Shown here one piece after another: positions 62,634 through 64,000 of a stretch of 64,000 bases of DNA. The notes under the pieces were generated by a model. It searched no databases and was not told the DNA's origin. It worked only from the letters and a program-made list of their open reading frames with translations. Both the position numbers and the translations under genes were made by a program. Origin of the DNA: Octopus bimaculoides (taxonomy: Eukaryota); assembly GCF_001194135.2 (NCBI RefSeq), contig NC_068984.1, forward strand, positions 17,131,944 through 17,195,943. Direction: 5' to 3'. Each line of letters begins with the position of its first letter. The stretch's first letter is position 1.

Positions 62634-63767
62634 TATAGATATTGACTGAGCTTTCAGAAATATGTCACAATGTTTCCTAGAAAGGAAATCTCTCTGACAC
62701 TGCTACCAACACCTTTAATATAATGAAAACAATTACATAATCTTCATTTTCACACTTTGGATATTTAACTCTCCTCAATGACCACATGTATCGTTTTTAC
62801 AAAACCCAGTGGTCTCTGGTTCCTGAAAAGTTCAGTAAAAACGAAGTTGTTGCCCTTTATATAACTTATGGTTATGCCTGACAAAACTTTCTGAAAAAGA
62901 TATCCACAAATGGGGTCCACTCATCCTTAACCGGGACTTAAAATTTCCTGTCGGGTTACTCAGATTATCAGGTGTTGAATATCTTCACAACCTTCACTAC
63001 ATCAATACAGGTGTTACTTAACTCCCTCACTACCTTTTCTACCCACAGCAGAAGTGTGAAGTCTGGTCCTTTCTGGTGGTGTAAAGCACTCGTGGTAGTA
63101 CCACGTAAAAGCGCCCGAGTGATACTACGTAAAAGCACCCGCGCAATGCCACGTAAAAGCACCCACTACACTCTGTAAAGTGGTTGGCGTTAGGAAGAGC
63201 ATCCAGGGGAGGGAGGACTTATGTAAGCTGTTGTCAGAGATAATTCGGTTCGTTAAAAGCTCGTTCCCTGAACCCCGCTCTCGAAAGTAAAAGTTTTTTT
63301 TTTCTGAAGAAAACCCCTTTCCTTTTATTTATTGTTACTCATAGAGTGAGCAAGTGAGAGAGATTACACAACTTTGAAACAGACTTTATGAAAGCTGAAA
63401 ATGGAACATTGTTTTGAAGGAAGTTAATTGTACCTTCTTTATTTGTTATTAATTACTGTAATTCATCTATGAAAATACTTGACACACTTAGGGAGTCAAT
63501 TTCACCCTAGAAATTTGCGATCCTTCGGTAATATATAAAATCGGCATTCTTTCCATAAAATTTGTGTTACGAAAGCATTCACTATACCCTGCTTTATTTA
63601 CGTCCTTTGCTTTTCATTACCCGCTCAGTTGAGGACCTACAAGAAACCTTATTTAAGAGGGTCGTCCTCTGAACACCTATCTCAATAGTTTCATTAATTT
63701 ATCTGTGAAATCTCTTACCCTCCACACTAAACAAACTTATTTAATTACAGTAGTTTGTCCTGTCGAT

Positions 63768-63768
63768 T

Positions 63769-63800
<32 letters not shown>

Positions 63801-63820
63801 GAGAGAGAGACAGAGAGAGA
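63768..63820. repeat. (GA)n microsatellite
   Basis: Directly visible. Confidence 0.95.
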
Positions 63821-64000
63821 AAATCGTTATTTGACATAAATCAGTTTGGGTAGACAAAACAAACTTCAGCATATTGTCCAACGAATTACGATTTGAAGAT
63901 GTGGTTATACATAAAATTTTTTGTTTATTCAGCACGTTAGAGAACCATTTTTCTCTAAAGTGTCTTGTTACATTTAGGTCTCTATCATGACATATATCGA

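Noticed and set aside
1-64000. CRISPR arrays, rRNA, prokaryotic operons or defence systems
   Set aside because: Intron-containing eukaryotic DNA; the repeats are dispersed transposons and microsatellites, not repeat-spacer arrays.

Overview
Eukaryotic, AT-rich, repeat-dense genomic scaffold with four N-gaps (5922-6762, 15528-15537, 50157-50626, 55131-55140). The repeat landscape resembles an octopus/coleoid cephalopod, which is an inference from remembered repeat types and not a database result. The only firmly identifiable protein-coding gene is ADPGK (ADP-dependent glucokinase) on the minus strand. Its last four coding exons (57242-57052, 54283-54187, 53085-52949, 51808-51141) splice in frame with GT-AG junctions; the N-terminal ~130 aa were not found and probably lie beyond 64000. 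A CpG-retaining region at ~26.5-34.5 kb holds two promoter-like blocks and strong splice sites suggesting a minus-strand, uORF-rich or non-coding spliced transcript and possibly divergent plus-strand transcripts. The rest is transposon-derived: several tRNA-derived SINE families, an RTE-tail repeat family ending in (GAT)n, decayed Gypsy, RTE and CR1 coding fragments, a Helitron with both termini, a deleted mariner carrying a nested solo LTR, and hAT, piggyBac and Tc1/pogo MITEs. The most striking observation is four type I hammerhead ribozyme motifs in three unrelated small elements. All have the palindromic minimal stem III typical of Penelope-like-element hammerheads. They are a 131-bp foldback with two divergent hammerheads (46.7-47.0 kb), a tRNA-headed SINE with a hammerhead tail lying sense within the last ADPGK intron (52.2-52.6 kb), and a 160-bp element between microsatellites (15.6-15.8 kb).
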